Position numbers and translations under genes: made by a program. A stretch of DNA of 64,000 nt from Intrasporangium sp. (lineage in GTDB: Bacteria; Actinomycetota; Actinomycetes; Actinomycetales; Dermatophilaceae): positions 10,491 through 74,490 of the forward strand of contig NZ_JBEDUL010000010.1 of assembly GCF_040414665.1 (NCBI RefSeq). Reading direction: 5' to 3'. The notes below the pieces were generated by a model. The model was not told the DNA's origin. It made no database searches and was given only the letters and a program-made list of their open reading frames with translations. Positions 9,569 to 17,736 of the stretch are shown here, one piece after another (position 1 is the first letter of the stretch; each line of letters begins with the position of its first letter).

Positions 9569-10447
9569 ATGATCCTCTTCGAGCAGGTGACGAAGACCTA
9601 TCCGCGGACGCAGCGGCCGGCCCTCGACGACGTGTCGCTCGAGATCCCCCGCGGCGAGTTCGCTTTCGTCGTCGGAGCCTCAGGCTCGGGCAAGTCGACG
9701 CTGCTCCAGCTCGTCATGAAGGAGCAGGATGCGACCTCGGGTCGCATTCTCGTTGCCGGCCGCGACCTGGCCCGGCTGCCGGACCGGAAGGTGCCGGCCC
9801 TGCGCCGCGAGATCGGCTTCGTCTTCCAGGACTTCCGCCTGCTGCCCAACAAGACGGTCCACCAGAACGTCGCCTATGCCCTTCAGGTCCTTGGTGCGTC
9901 ACGGTCGCGGATCCGCCAGGTCGTGCCGGAGACGCTCGAGCTCGTCGGCCTCGCGGAGATGGGGAAGCGCCTGCCCCACCAGCTCTCCGGCGGCGAGCAG
10001 CAGCGGGTCGCCATCGCCCGCGCCTTCGTCAACCGCCCGCCGATCCTGCTCGCCGACGAGCCCACTGGCAACCTCGACCCGGACACGAGCCTCGAGATCG
10101 TCAAGCTGCTCGAGCGGATCAACCGCACCGGCACGACGGTCGTCATGGCGACCCACGACACGGCCACGGTCAACGCGATGCGCAAGCGCGTCATCCGTCT
10201 CGACGAGGGCGCCCTCGTGGCCGACGTCGAGACGGGCGACTACACGACCGGGTCGATCCCGCGGGTCGAGCTCGGGCCGGCGCATCCGGACGACCTGCCA
10301 GACCCGCTCCAGGAGGAGGCGCTCCACGCCGTCGAGGCCTACGAGGAGGAGGGCGAGCTGCCGCCCATCGGCCGTGACGCCGACGAGCCGCGCGAGCGCT
10401 TCTCGGTCTTCCGCCGCCACCAGCCAGAGCGCTCGAGCGCCCGCTGA
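9569..10447 (+). CDS. ftsE: Cell-division ABC ATPase FtsE (with ~60-aa acidic/Pro-rich C-terminal extension)
   Basis: Walker A GASGSGKST, signature LSGGEQQR and Walker B ILLADEPTGNLD. It is followed by ftsX. Confidence 0.9.
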   Translation: MILFEQVTKTYPRTQRPALDDVSLEIPRGEFAFVVGASGSGKSTLLQLVMKEQDATSGRILVAGRDLARLPDRKVPALRREIGFVFQDFRLLPNKTVHQNVAYALQVLGASRSRIRQVVPETLELVGLAEMGKRLPHQLSGGEQQRVAIARAFVNRPPILLADEPTGNLDPDTSLEIVKLLERINRTGTTVVMATHDTATVNAMRKRVIRLDEGALVADVETGDYTTGSIPRVELGPAHPDDLPDPLQEEALHAVEAYEEEGELPPIGRDADEPRERFSVFRRHQPERSSAR

Positions 10448-10460
10448 CGGGGCAGGGGCG

Positions 10461-11366
10461 ATGCGACTCCAGTTCCTGCTCGGTGAGACCGGCAACGGTC
10501 TGCGCCGCAACCTCTCGATGGCGGTCTCCGTCGTCATCGTCACGATGATCTCCATGTACCTGCTGGGGCTCGGCCTGATGGGACAGCGCCAGGTCGACAC
10601 GATGAAGGACTACTGGTACGACCGGGTCCAGGTGACGGTGCTGCTCTGCGCGGAGAAGACCCGCTACACCAACTGCGCCGGGCAGCCGACGTCCGACGAG
10701 CAGCGGGCGACGATCAAGGGGGAGCTCGAGGCGCTGCGCCCGACCGTGAGCGAGATCTTCTACGAGTCGCGGGACGAGGCGTTCGGCAGGTTCAAGGAGA
10801 CGTACCAGAACTCGCCCCTCGCCCGAGCGGGGGAGTCGTACTTCGCCGACTCCTACCGGGTGAACCTGTCCGACCCCGGGAAGTTCGACATCGTCGCGAG
10901 CTCCCTCAAGGGCATGCCCGGCGTCGCCGACGTGCAGGACCAGAAGAAGCTGCTCGAGAAGTTCTTCACCTTCATGAACACCGTCTCGTGGTCGGCCATC
11001 GCCCTGTCATCGCTCATGGTCCTCGCGGCGGTCATGCTCATCTCGACGACGATCCGGCAGGCCGCCTTCAGTCGGCGTCGCGAGACCGGAATCATGCGGC
11101 TCGTCGGAGCGTCCAACCTCACCATCCGCTTTCCGTTCGTCATGGAGACGGTCCTCGCGAGCGTCGTCGGGGCGGGCCTGGCCATGTTCATGCTCTGGGC
11201 CACCGTCAAGTACGGCGTGGTCGGATTCCTCAGCGCCACCCTCACCGACACGGCCTTCATCGGCGTGGCGGACGTCCTGTCCGTCGCGCCCGCCATCGTG
11301 GTCGGCGTCGTGGTGCTCGCCACGGTCACGTCCTGGGTGACGCTGCGGCGCTACCTCCGGGTCTGA
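10461..11366 (+). CDS. ftsX: Cell-division ABC permease-like protein FtsX
   Basis: N-terminal MRLQFLLGETGNGLRRNLSMAVSVVIV, a large extracytoplasmic loop and 3 C-terminal TM helices. Only the 3' part of the 545-aa track ORF is used. Confidence 0.9.
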   Translation: MRLQFLLGETGNGLRRNLSMAVSVVIVTMISMYLLGLGLMGQRQVDTMKDYWYDRVQVTVLLCAEKTRYTNCAGQPTSDEQRATIKGELEALRPTVSEIFYESRDEAFGRFKETYQNSPLARAGESYFADSYRVNLSDPGKFDIVASSLKGMPGVADVQDQKKLLEKFFTFMNTVSWSAIALSSLMVLAAVMLISTTIRQAAFSRRRETGIMRLVGASNLTIRFPFVMETVLASVVGAGLAMFMLWATVKYGVVGFLSATLTDTAFIGVADVLSVAPAIVVGVVVLATVTSWVTLRRYLRV

Positions 11367-11412
11367 GGCACCGCCCCGCGAGGACAAATCCGGCGCTGCA
11401 CCTCCCCCTGCG

Positions 11413-12954
11413 GTGATGCATGTGGTACCAATGTTTCATATGTGGCTAGTGAGACCATCGAGCACGCCGTCTCGAAGGGCCCGGTGGACCGCCCTCGGGG
11501 TGGCAGTGGCGTGCACGCTGTCGCTGGCCGGGGGAGTCGTTGCCCGTGCGGATGACGTGGCCGACCAGAAGCGCAAAGCGGACCAGCGCATCGCCGCCCT
11601 GAGCCAGCAGCTCGAGGGCACCGGCGCCGCACTGGCCAAGGCGTACGTCAACCTCGAGAAGACCCGCGCGGCCATCCCCGTCGCACAGCAGCGGCTCGCC
11701 CAGTCCCAGGCCGCGCTCGCGCAGGCACAGCAGGCTCAGGCGCAGGCCGAGGCGACCGAGGCCCGCGCCATCGCCGCCGAAGCGCAGGCCCGCGCCCACA
11801 ACGAGGATGTCGCGCAGAAGCTCGCCGTCGCCCAGGCCAACGAGGCACGCGCTGCCGACAAGCTCCAGAAGACCGGCACGGAGCTCGCCTCGTCGCAGGA
11901 CGCGCTCGATGCCTACGCCGCCGAGGTCTTCCAGGGCGGAGCCGTGACGGAGTCGCAGCTCGGCATGGTCTTCGGCTCGACCTCCCCCCAGGACTTCGCC
12001 AACCGGCTCGTCATGGCAGACACGGCCAGCGCCGTCGCGAGCGACACCATCGACAAGCTCGCGGCCATGACCGCCGACAGCACCGCGACCAAGGCCTATC
12101 TGACCTCCGTCCGCGCCGAGGTCGCCGAGCTCAAGCGGCAGGCCGAGGCGGCGCTGCGCGCGGCCGAGGCGGCCAGTGCGGCGGCGACGACGGCGCGCGA
12201 GCAGGCGGTTGTCGCGAAGAACAACGCGGTGACCGCGACGAGCAACGCTGCCGCCGCCAGGGCCGACCTCGACTCGCTCAACACCAGGCAGACCGCCTAT
12301 GCAGCGGACCTCAAGGTCCAGCGCGCGGACGAGCGGGCGCAGCTGGCCGCCGCGGAGCGCGAAGCCGCACGTCTCAAGGCGATCCTCGTGGAGCGGGCGC
12401 GCCAGGCCCGGCTCGCCGAGCAGAGGCGACTGGCGAAGCTCAAGGCTGAGCGGGCGGCGAAGATCCGGGCCGAGCGCGCCAAGGCTGCCGCGGCAGCGCG
12501 CAACGGAAAGACCTATACGCCGAGGATCCCGGCGCCCGTACAGAGCGAGCCGACACCCTCCAACTACCTGTCCTACCCGGCCCGCGGCCGGACGACCTCT
12601 GGCTTCGGCATGCGCTGGCACCCCGTGCTCCAGAAGTGGATGCTCCACGACGGCCTGGACTGGGGGATCGGATGTGGGACCCCGGTCCGGGCAGCCGCGC
12701 CCGGGACCGTGATTCGTGCCGGATGGCGCGAGAGCGGCTGGGGCAACCAGATCCTCATCGACCACGGCATCCATCGCGGCGTGGACCTCGTCACGAGCTA
12801 CAACCACCTGTCGAGCATCGTTGCGTGGGGCGGCACGGTGCAGCGCGGCCAGCTCATCGGCTACAGCGGCACCACCGGCTACTCGACCGGGTGCCACCTG
12901 CACTTCGGCGTCTACGAGGACGGCACTCCGGTCAACCCGCGCAACTGGCTCTGA
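11413..12954 (+). CDS. Coiled-coil M23/LytM peptidoglycan metalloendopeptidase
   Basis: A long Ala/Gln/Glu-rich coiled-coil region is followed by a LytM domain with HxxxD (HDGLD) and HxH (HLH) intact. The start is uncertain (11413-11449); a signal-like segment follows GTG 11449. Confidence 0.85.
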   Translation: MMHVVPMFHMWLVRPSSTPSRRARWTALGVAVACTLSLAGGVVARADDVADQKRKADQRIAALSQQLEGTGAALAKAYVNLEKTRAAIPVAQQRLAQSQAALAQAQQAQAQAEATEARAIAAEAQARAHNEDVAQKLAVAQANEARAADKLQKTGTELASSQDALDAYAAEVFQGGAVTESQLGMVFGSTSPQDFANRLVMADTASAVASDTIDKLAAMTADSTATKAYLTSVRAEVAELKRQAEAALRAAEAASAAATTAREQAVVAKNNAVTATSNAAAARADLDSLNTRQTAYAADLKVQRADERAQLAAAEREAARLKAILVERARQARLAEQRRLAKLKAERAAKIRAERAKAAAAARNGKTYTPRIPAPVQSEPTPSNYLSYPARGRTTSGFGMRWHPVLQKWMLHDGLDWGIGCGTPVRAAAPGTVIRAGWRESGWGNQILIDHGIHRGVDLVTSYNHLSSIVAWGGTVQRGQLIGYSGTTGYSTGCHLHFGVYEDGTPVNPRNWL

Positions 12955-13041
12955 GGACAGGCCCGGGAACCGGCTCTGAGAACTCGCTCTGGGCCGCGAC
13001 CTCCGTCGGGGTAGCGTGGGGTCGCCGCCGGACGGAAGCCA

Positions 13042-13057
13042 GCCCAGCGGCATACGA
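13042..13057 (-). repeat. Dispersed motif copy M4 (reverse; tcgtatgccgctgggc)
   Basis: 15 of 16 core positions match. It lies 87 nt after the M23 stop and 37 nt before the smpB start. Confidence 0.8.
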
Positions 13058-13094
13058 CCTGGTGTGACGTGCTGCGTGGAGAAGGGACGGTCCG

Positions 13095-13574
13095 GTGCCG
13101 AAGGAGAAGGGACGGTCGCTCATCGCGAGCAACCGCAAGGCGCGCCACGACTACCACATCGAGGACACCTTCGAAGCTGGCATCGTGCTCTCCGGCACCG
13201 AGGTCAAGGCGCTGCGGATGGGCCGGGCCTCGCTCGTCGACGGATTTGCCATGTTCACGGGGGATGAGCTCTACCTCGAGAACGTCCACATCCCCGAGTA
13301 CCTCAACGGGACGTGGACGAACCACGCGCCGAGGCGCAAGCGCAAGCTGCTGCTGCACCGGTCCGAGCTGGACAAGATCGCGAGCAAGACCCGCGAGAGC
13401 GGCCGGACGATCGTGCCGCTCGCGCTGTACTTCAAGGACGGCCGCGCCAAGGTCGAGATCGCCCTGGCGACCGGCAAGAAGCAGTACGACAAGCGCCACG
13501 CGCTCCGGGAGCGGCAGGACCGCCGTGATGCCGAACGGGCGATGAGTGCCAACACCCGTGGCCGGCGGACCTGA
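13095..13574 (+). CDS. smpB: SsrA-binding protein SmpB
   Basis: [32 protein letters not shown] and a basic C-terminal tail. About 159 aa. Confidence 0.93.
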   Translation: MPKEKGRSLIASNRKARHDYHIEDTFEAGIVLSGTEVKALRMGRASLVDGFAMFTGDELYLENVHIPEYLNGTWTNHAPRRKRKLLLHRSELDKIASKTRESGRTIVPLALYFKDGRAKVEIALATGKKQYDKRHALRERQDRRDAERAMSANTRGRRT

Positions 13575-13577
13575 TCG

Positions 13578-15680
13578 TCAGTACCACTTTCCGAAGGACT
13601 GGTACTCCGAGAACCCGGCGTGCACGTCGAGGGTCCCCGTCTCCCACTTGCCCCACCGGAGCCAGCCGTAGGAGTACTGGAACCGACCCATGCCATTGGC
13701 CCACCCATTCGTGTCGGCGGGGTGGCACATGTTGGCGCAGTAGTCCGCGCCCCACGCCCCGAAGGCCCGATCCGGGTCTGCATGGCCGATGGGGGAGTAC
13801 TGGCTGCCGGGCAGACCGAAGTCCGTCGTTCCCAGGACGTCGTGCAGCGCCTTGTGGTCCGCGTGGAGGTACGGGGAGCCGGCTCCGGTGTCATTGAAGT
13901 AGCCACCGGCCACGATGTCCCCCTCCGACTGCGTCGGCAGGAGGGTGCGGAGCTGGCGGGCGTTCTCCAGGGCCCAGATGACCTTGTCCCTGGTGAGCTG
14001 GCCGTCCCCGAGGTCGAAGACGAAGCGGGCGCTGCGCGGCCCGATGGCAACGTCGACGTAGTCAGCCGGCTGGCTCGACCCATCCTCGACGAGGTGGGTC
14101 GGGGTCGGCAGGGTTCGCCCGTTCCAGGTGATCGACTGCCCCTGATGGCGCTCCACCTGACCCATGGGGTCGTCGGGACCAGCCAGGCGGTTGAGGAACT
14201 CGTGCCAGCTCGCGACCCGGTGGTCGCGGCATCGGTCCGAGAAGCGCAGGCCGGTCGGCTGTGGCTGAGGCAGGAACTCCTGGTTCATCCACGTGGTCGA
14301 GACCGGCCGGCCAGTGCAGTTGGAGGTCGCCTCGCCCCGGGTCAACAGGATGAACACGTCATAGCGCCCCGGGGTCGCCGGCAGGAGCGAGCCGGCGGAC
14401 ATGTTGTCGTCCGGGTGGACCTCCGGCACGTAGCGCAACACCGGCGCGTCAGCGGTGCCGACGTACCACGAGAGCCGGCGCGCCTCATCCGTCGTGGCTC
14501 GGGGGGACCTCGCCTGACCGGCATCGAGCAGGACGGGTCCACCCTTGAAGCCCGCGAGTGCACCAGCGGACAGGGCGTCCGCGAAGCCCAGGCCCGTCGC
14601 GAGGACGACCGTCGACGCCGTTCCGGTGAACGCGCTCCGCGACAGAGCCGCGGCGGTCTCGTAGCGGTTGGCGCCGCTGACCCGACGAACAGTGCCCCCC
14701 GTCGCGGACGCGATGGCCGCCCGGACCCCGTCGCTGATCACGTCAGCGCCGCCGACGATGACCGTCGTCTTCGGACGGGTGCGGGCGAGCTCGCGTGCGG
14801 TGGCCGGGGGCAGGCTGGTCGATGTGGCCAGCAGGAGGGAGCCCTTCTGGTGTGCAGCGACCGGCCCAGCGGCCAGGGCATCCGGGAAGTTGGCGCCGGT
14901 GGCGACGAAGGCGATCGTCGGGATCGTGGTGTCTGCGCGAGCCAGCGCTGCGGCCGTCTCGAAGCGGTTTGCCCCGGCGACCCTCCTGATCGTCGCCTTG
15001 GGCACCGCTTGTGCAATCGCCGACTGCACCGATGACGACACCACCCCGGTGCCGCCGACCACGATGACCTCAGTTGGCGCGAGACGGAGGAGCTCCTGGC
15101 GGGTCACGGACGGCAGGCCCGTCCCGCGGGTCAGCAGGAGCGGTGCGCTGTGGTGTGCGGCCGCCCGGGACGCGGCGAGACCATCGGGGAAGTTCTCCCC
15201 CGTCGCCACGTACACCCGGGCGCTTCCCGACGGATGGCCCGCGGCCGAGATCTGGGCGGCGGTCGAGTAACGGTCTGGCCCGGCGAGCCGGCTGGGCTTC
15301 CGGTCGGTGACCGATGCCAGCGTGGTGAGGGCGCCGGGCGTGACCACCGTCGTACCGCCAGCGGCGTGGAGTGTCCCGACACTGCGGTTGACGGAGGGAG
15401 TCGCCTGCACTCCAGCGACGAGCGACCGGTCCGCGGTACTCGACGCCACCGGTTTGTCGAGAACGGTGCTGCGCGAGCGCACCCGGGTGTCGGTGGCCTC
15501 CTCGGGGGGAGGCAGCTCGCGCCTCGCCACATCGGGTACCGACGGGGACCCCGGAGCCGGCGAGGGCGTTGGCGTGGGGACCGGCTGGGCAGATCCCTCG
15601 GCTGTCCCCACAGCGATGAGCGCAAGTGCTGCGATCAGTGCGGCGCCCAGTGCGCGCGCAGGCCGATGTGAGCGATTCAC
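13578..15680 (-). CDS. Secreted cell-wall-binding (CWB2-repeat) protein with uncharacterised C-terminal domain
   Basis: Signal peptide after GTG 15680. There are three CWB2-like repeats (G[AP][DN]R[YF][ES]TAA ... ATGxNFPDxLAA), then a ~320-aa Trp/Gly/His-rich domain I cannot assign. Confidence 0.75.
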   Translation of the reverse strand: MNRSHRPARALGAALIAALALIAVGTAEGSAQPVPTPTPSPAPGSPSVPDVARRELPPPEEATDTRVRSRSTVLDKPVASSTADRSLVAGVQATPSVNRSVGTLHAAGGTTVVTPGALTTLASVTDRKPSRLAGPDRYSTAAQISAAGHPSGSARVYVATGENFPDGLAASRAAAHHSAPLLLTRGTGLPSVTRQELLRLAPTEVIVVGGTGVVSSSVQSAIAQAVPKATIRRVAGANRFETAAALARADTTIPTIAFVATGANFPDALAAGPVAAHQKGSLLLATSTSLPPATARELARTRPKTTVIVGGADVISDGVRAAIASATGGTVRRVSGANRYETAAALSRSAFTGTASTVVLATGLGFADALSAGALAGFKGGPVLLDAGQARSPRATTDEARRLSWYVGTADAPVLRYVPEVHPDDNMSAGSLLPATPGRYDVFILLTRGEATSNCTGRPVSTTWMNQEFLPQPQPTGLRFSDRCRDHRVASWHEFLNRLAGPDDPMGQVERHQGQSITWNGRTLPTPTHLVEDGSSQPADYVDVAIGPRSARFVFDLGDGQLTRDKVIWALENARQLRTLLPTQSEGDIVAGGYFNDTGAGSPYLHADHKALHDVLGTTDFGLPGSQYSPIGHADPDRAFGAWGADYCANMCHPADTNGWANGMGRFQYSYGWLRWGKWETGTLDVHAGFSEYQSFGKWY

Positions 15681-15819
15681 TTCTTCCCCGATTCCCCTCA
15701 ATGCCAAACACGTCGAGCGGACGAACCGCCGAACGTCGACCACCCTCGGTCTAGGATAGGGACAAGCCAGCCGACTGCGGCGGCACTATCGCGGAACTGT
15801 GATCTTGGGGACATAAAAG

Positions 15820-17733
15820 GTGCGAAAGCGACAACGGTGGCTCTCGGCCTTGGCGGCTGTCGTTGGGGCCTGCTGGCTCGTCCTGCTCGTGCCAGCCGGG
15901 TCGGCGAGCGGCGTGGGCGACGAGGCCATGGAGCGGTTCGCCGTGGTCTACGACCTGCAGCCGGACGGCAGCGTGCACGTCTCCGAGACGATCACCTGGC
16001 GCTTCCCGTCCGGCGAGCAGAGACGCGGGATCTTCCGCAACATCGTCGTGCGGATGGGCTACCAGGACCAAGCGGGCAAGTACCGCTTCTTCGACCTCAC
16101 CGATGTCGCGGTGAGCAGCCCGACTGGTGCCCCGGCCGACTTCAAGGTCAGTGACAACGGTGCGGCCCAGGAGATCCGGATCGGCAATCCGAACGAGTGG
16201 ACCGAGGGCACCCAGGTCTACGAGGTGCGCTACACCCTGCACAACGTCCTCAACCCGATCACCGGCACCGGCGGCAACCCGGACACGGTGGAGTTCCACT
16301 ACAACGTCTTCGGCAGCAACGAGCTGACTCCTCGGGAGCGTGTCAACGTCGTCGTCAACGCGCCGGCTCCCTCGACGCAGGTGGCCTGCTTCAAGGGCGA
16401 GACCGGCAGCGACACACAGTGCCAGGCCAAGGCCGGCAGCCCGACGACCTTCGCCGCCATGGGTCTCGCGCCCGGTGAGGCCATGACCGTCATCGCGGGA
16501 TTCCCGGCCGCGGCCTTCGACAACCCCCAGCCGGACGTCCGCGACGGCAACGCCGAATCGACCGTCGGCGGGGGCGCCGCGACGGCTGCCAACGCCGCCG
16601 CGACGGCTGCCGGTATCGCGGCACCGGTCCTCGCGATCGCCATCATGGGGGCCCTCGTCTGGACGCGCGGCCGAGACGAGCGGTACGCCGGCCTCACCCC
16701 CGGGCTCACGCCGTCGGTCACCGACCGGGAGTCGCACCCGACCACACGAGGGGGACCGGACACGGTTGCAGTCCAGTTCCATCCGCCCGCCGGGGTGCCG
16801 CCGGGACTCGTCGGCACGATCATCGACGAGCGGGCGAACCCCATCGACGTGTCCGCGACGGTGATCGACCTCGCCGTGCGGGGGTACCTGCGCATCGAAG
16901 AGCTCGAGGGCGGCAGCATGTTCAAGCGGACGGACTGGAACCTCGTCCGCCTCAACCCTCCGGCCAACGACACGCTGCTGCCCTACGAGCGCCGGCTGCT
17001 CGACGGCATCTTCAGCACCCGAGGAGAGCTCGTCGCGCTCTCGGACCTGAAGAACACCTTCGCCACCACGCTGCGCAGGATCCAGTCGGACATGTACGGC
17101 GAAGTCGTCACCCGGCACTGGTTCCGTTCGTCCCCGCAGATCCAGCGCGGCTTGTGGCAGGGCCTCGGCATCGTTCTCGCCGTCATCGGCGGGATGATCC
17201 TGTTCTACGGTCAGGGCGCGATCACGGCACTCCTCGGGTCGGGGTTCACCGGTGGGGCCGTGCTCGGCATCGGCCTGCTCCTTGCGGGCGCCATCGTCTG
17301 GTTCCTCGGCGGCAAGATGGCCGCGAAGACTGCGGAGGGCTCGGCCGTGCTCGCGCAGTCGCTCGGGTTCAAGGAGTACCTCACGACCGCCGAGGCGGGG
17401 CAGATCGCCTTCGAGGAGGCGAGCAACATCTTCAGCCGCTACCTGCCCTACGCCGTCGTCTTCGGCGTCGCCGACCGGTGGGCACGCACCTTCGCGGACG
17501 TCGCCCAGGCGGCCGAGGCGGCCGGCCAGCCGCTCCTCATGCCGTCCTGGTACCTGTGGAGCGGTGCGGCCTTCCCCGACTTCGGCAGCATCGCCAGCGG
17601 TGTTGAAAGCTTCTCGACGACCTCGACGGGGACCTTCACGTCCACGCCCGGCTCGTCCGGGAGCTCGGGATTCTCCGGAGGCGGCGGCTTCAGCGGCTCC
17701 GGTGTGGGAGGGTCCTCCTCCGGCTCCTGGTGA
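15820..17733 (+). CDS. DUF2207-family membrane protein
   Basis: N-terminal signal/anchor, an extracytoplasmic domain, central and C-terminal TM helices, and a Gly/Ser-rich tail (GGGFSGSGVGGSSSGSW) typical of DUF2207. Confidence 0.75.
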   Translation: MRKRQRWLSALAAVVGACWLVLLVPAGSASGVGDEAMERFAVVYDLQPDGSVHVSETITWRFPSGEQRRGIFRNIVVRMGYQDQAGKYRFFDLTDVAVSSPTGAPADFKVSDNGAAQEIRIGNPNEWTEGTQVYEVRYTLHNVLNPITGTGGNPDTVEFHYNVFGSNELTPRERVNVVVNAPAPSTQVACFKGETGSDTQCQAKAGSPTTFAAMGLAPGEAMTVIAGFPAAAFDNPQPDVRDGNAESTVGGGAATAANAAATAAGIAAPVLAIAIMGALVWTRGRDERYAGLTPGLTPSVTDRESHPTTRGGPDTVAVQFHPPAGVPPGLVGTIIDERANPIDVSATVIDLAVRGYLRIEELEGGSMFKRTDWNLVRLNPPANDTLLPYERRLLDGIFSTRGELVALSDLKNTFATTLRRIQSDMYGEVVTRHWFRSSPQIQRGLWQGLGIVLAVIGGMILFYGQGAITALLGSGFTGGAVLGIGLLLAGAIVWFLGGKMAAKTAEGSAVLAQSLGFKEYLTTAEAGQIAFEEASNIFSRYLPYAVVFGVADRWARTFADVAQAAEAAGQPLLMPSWYLWSGAAFPDFGSIASGVESFSTTSTGTFTSTPGSSGSSGFSGGGGFSGSGVGGSSSGSW

Positions 17734-17736
17734 GGG

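Noticed and set aside
11416-11445. A cluster of 6-bp palindromes (ATGCAT, GGTACC, CATATG) in a locally AT-richer stretch upstream of or at the start of the M23 gene.
   Set aside because: The arms do not form a convincing longer inverted repeat, and no second copy exists in the window. It is most simply a promoter or start-region composition effect that also makes the M23 start codon ambiguous.
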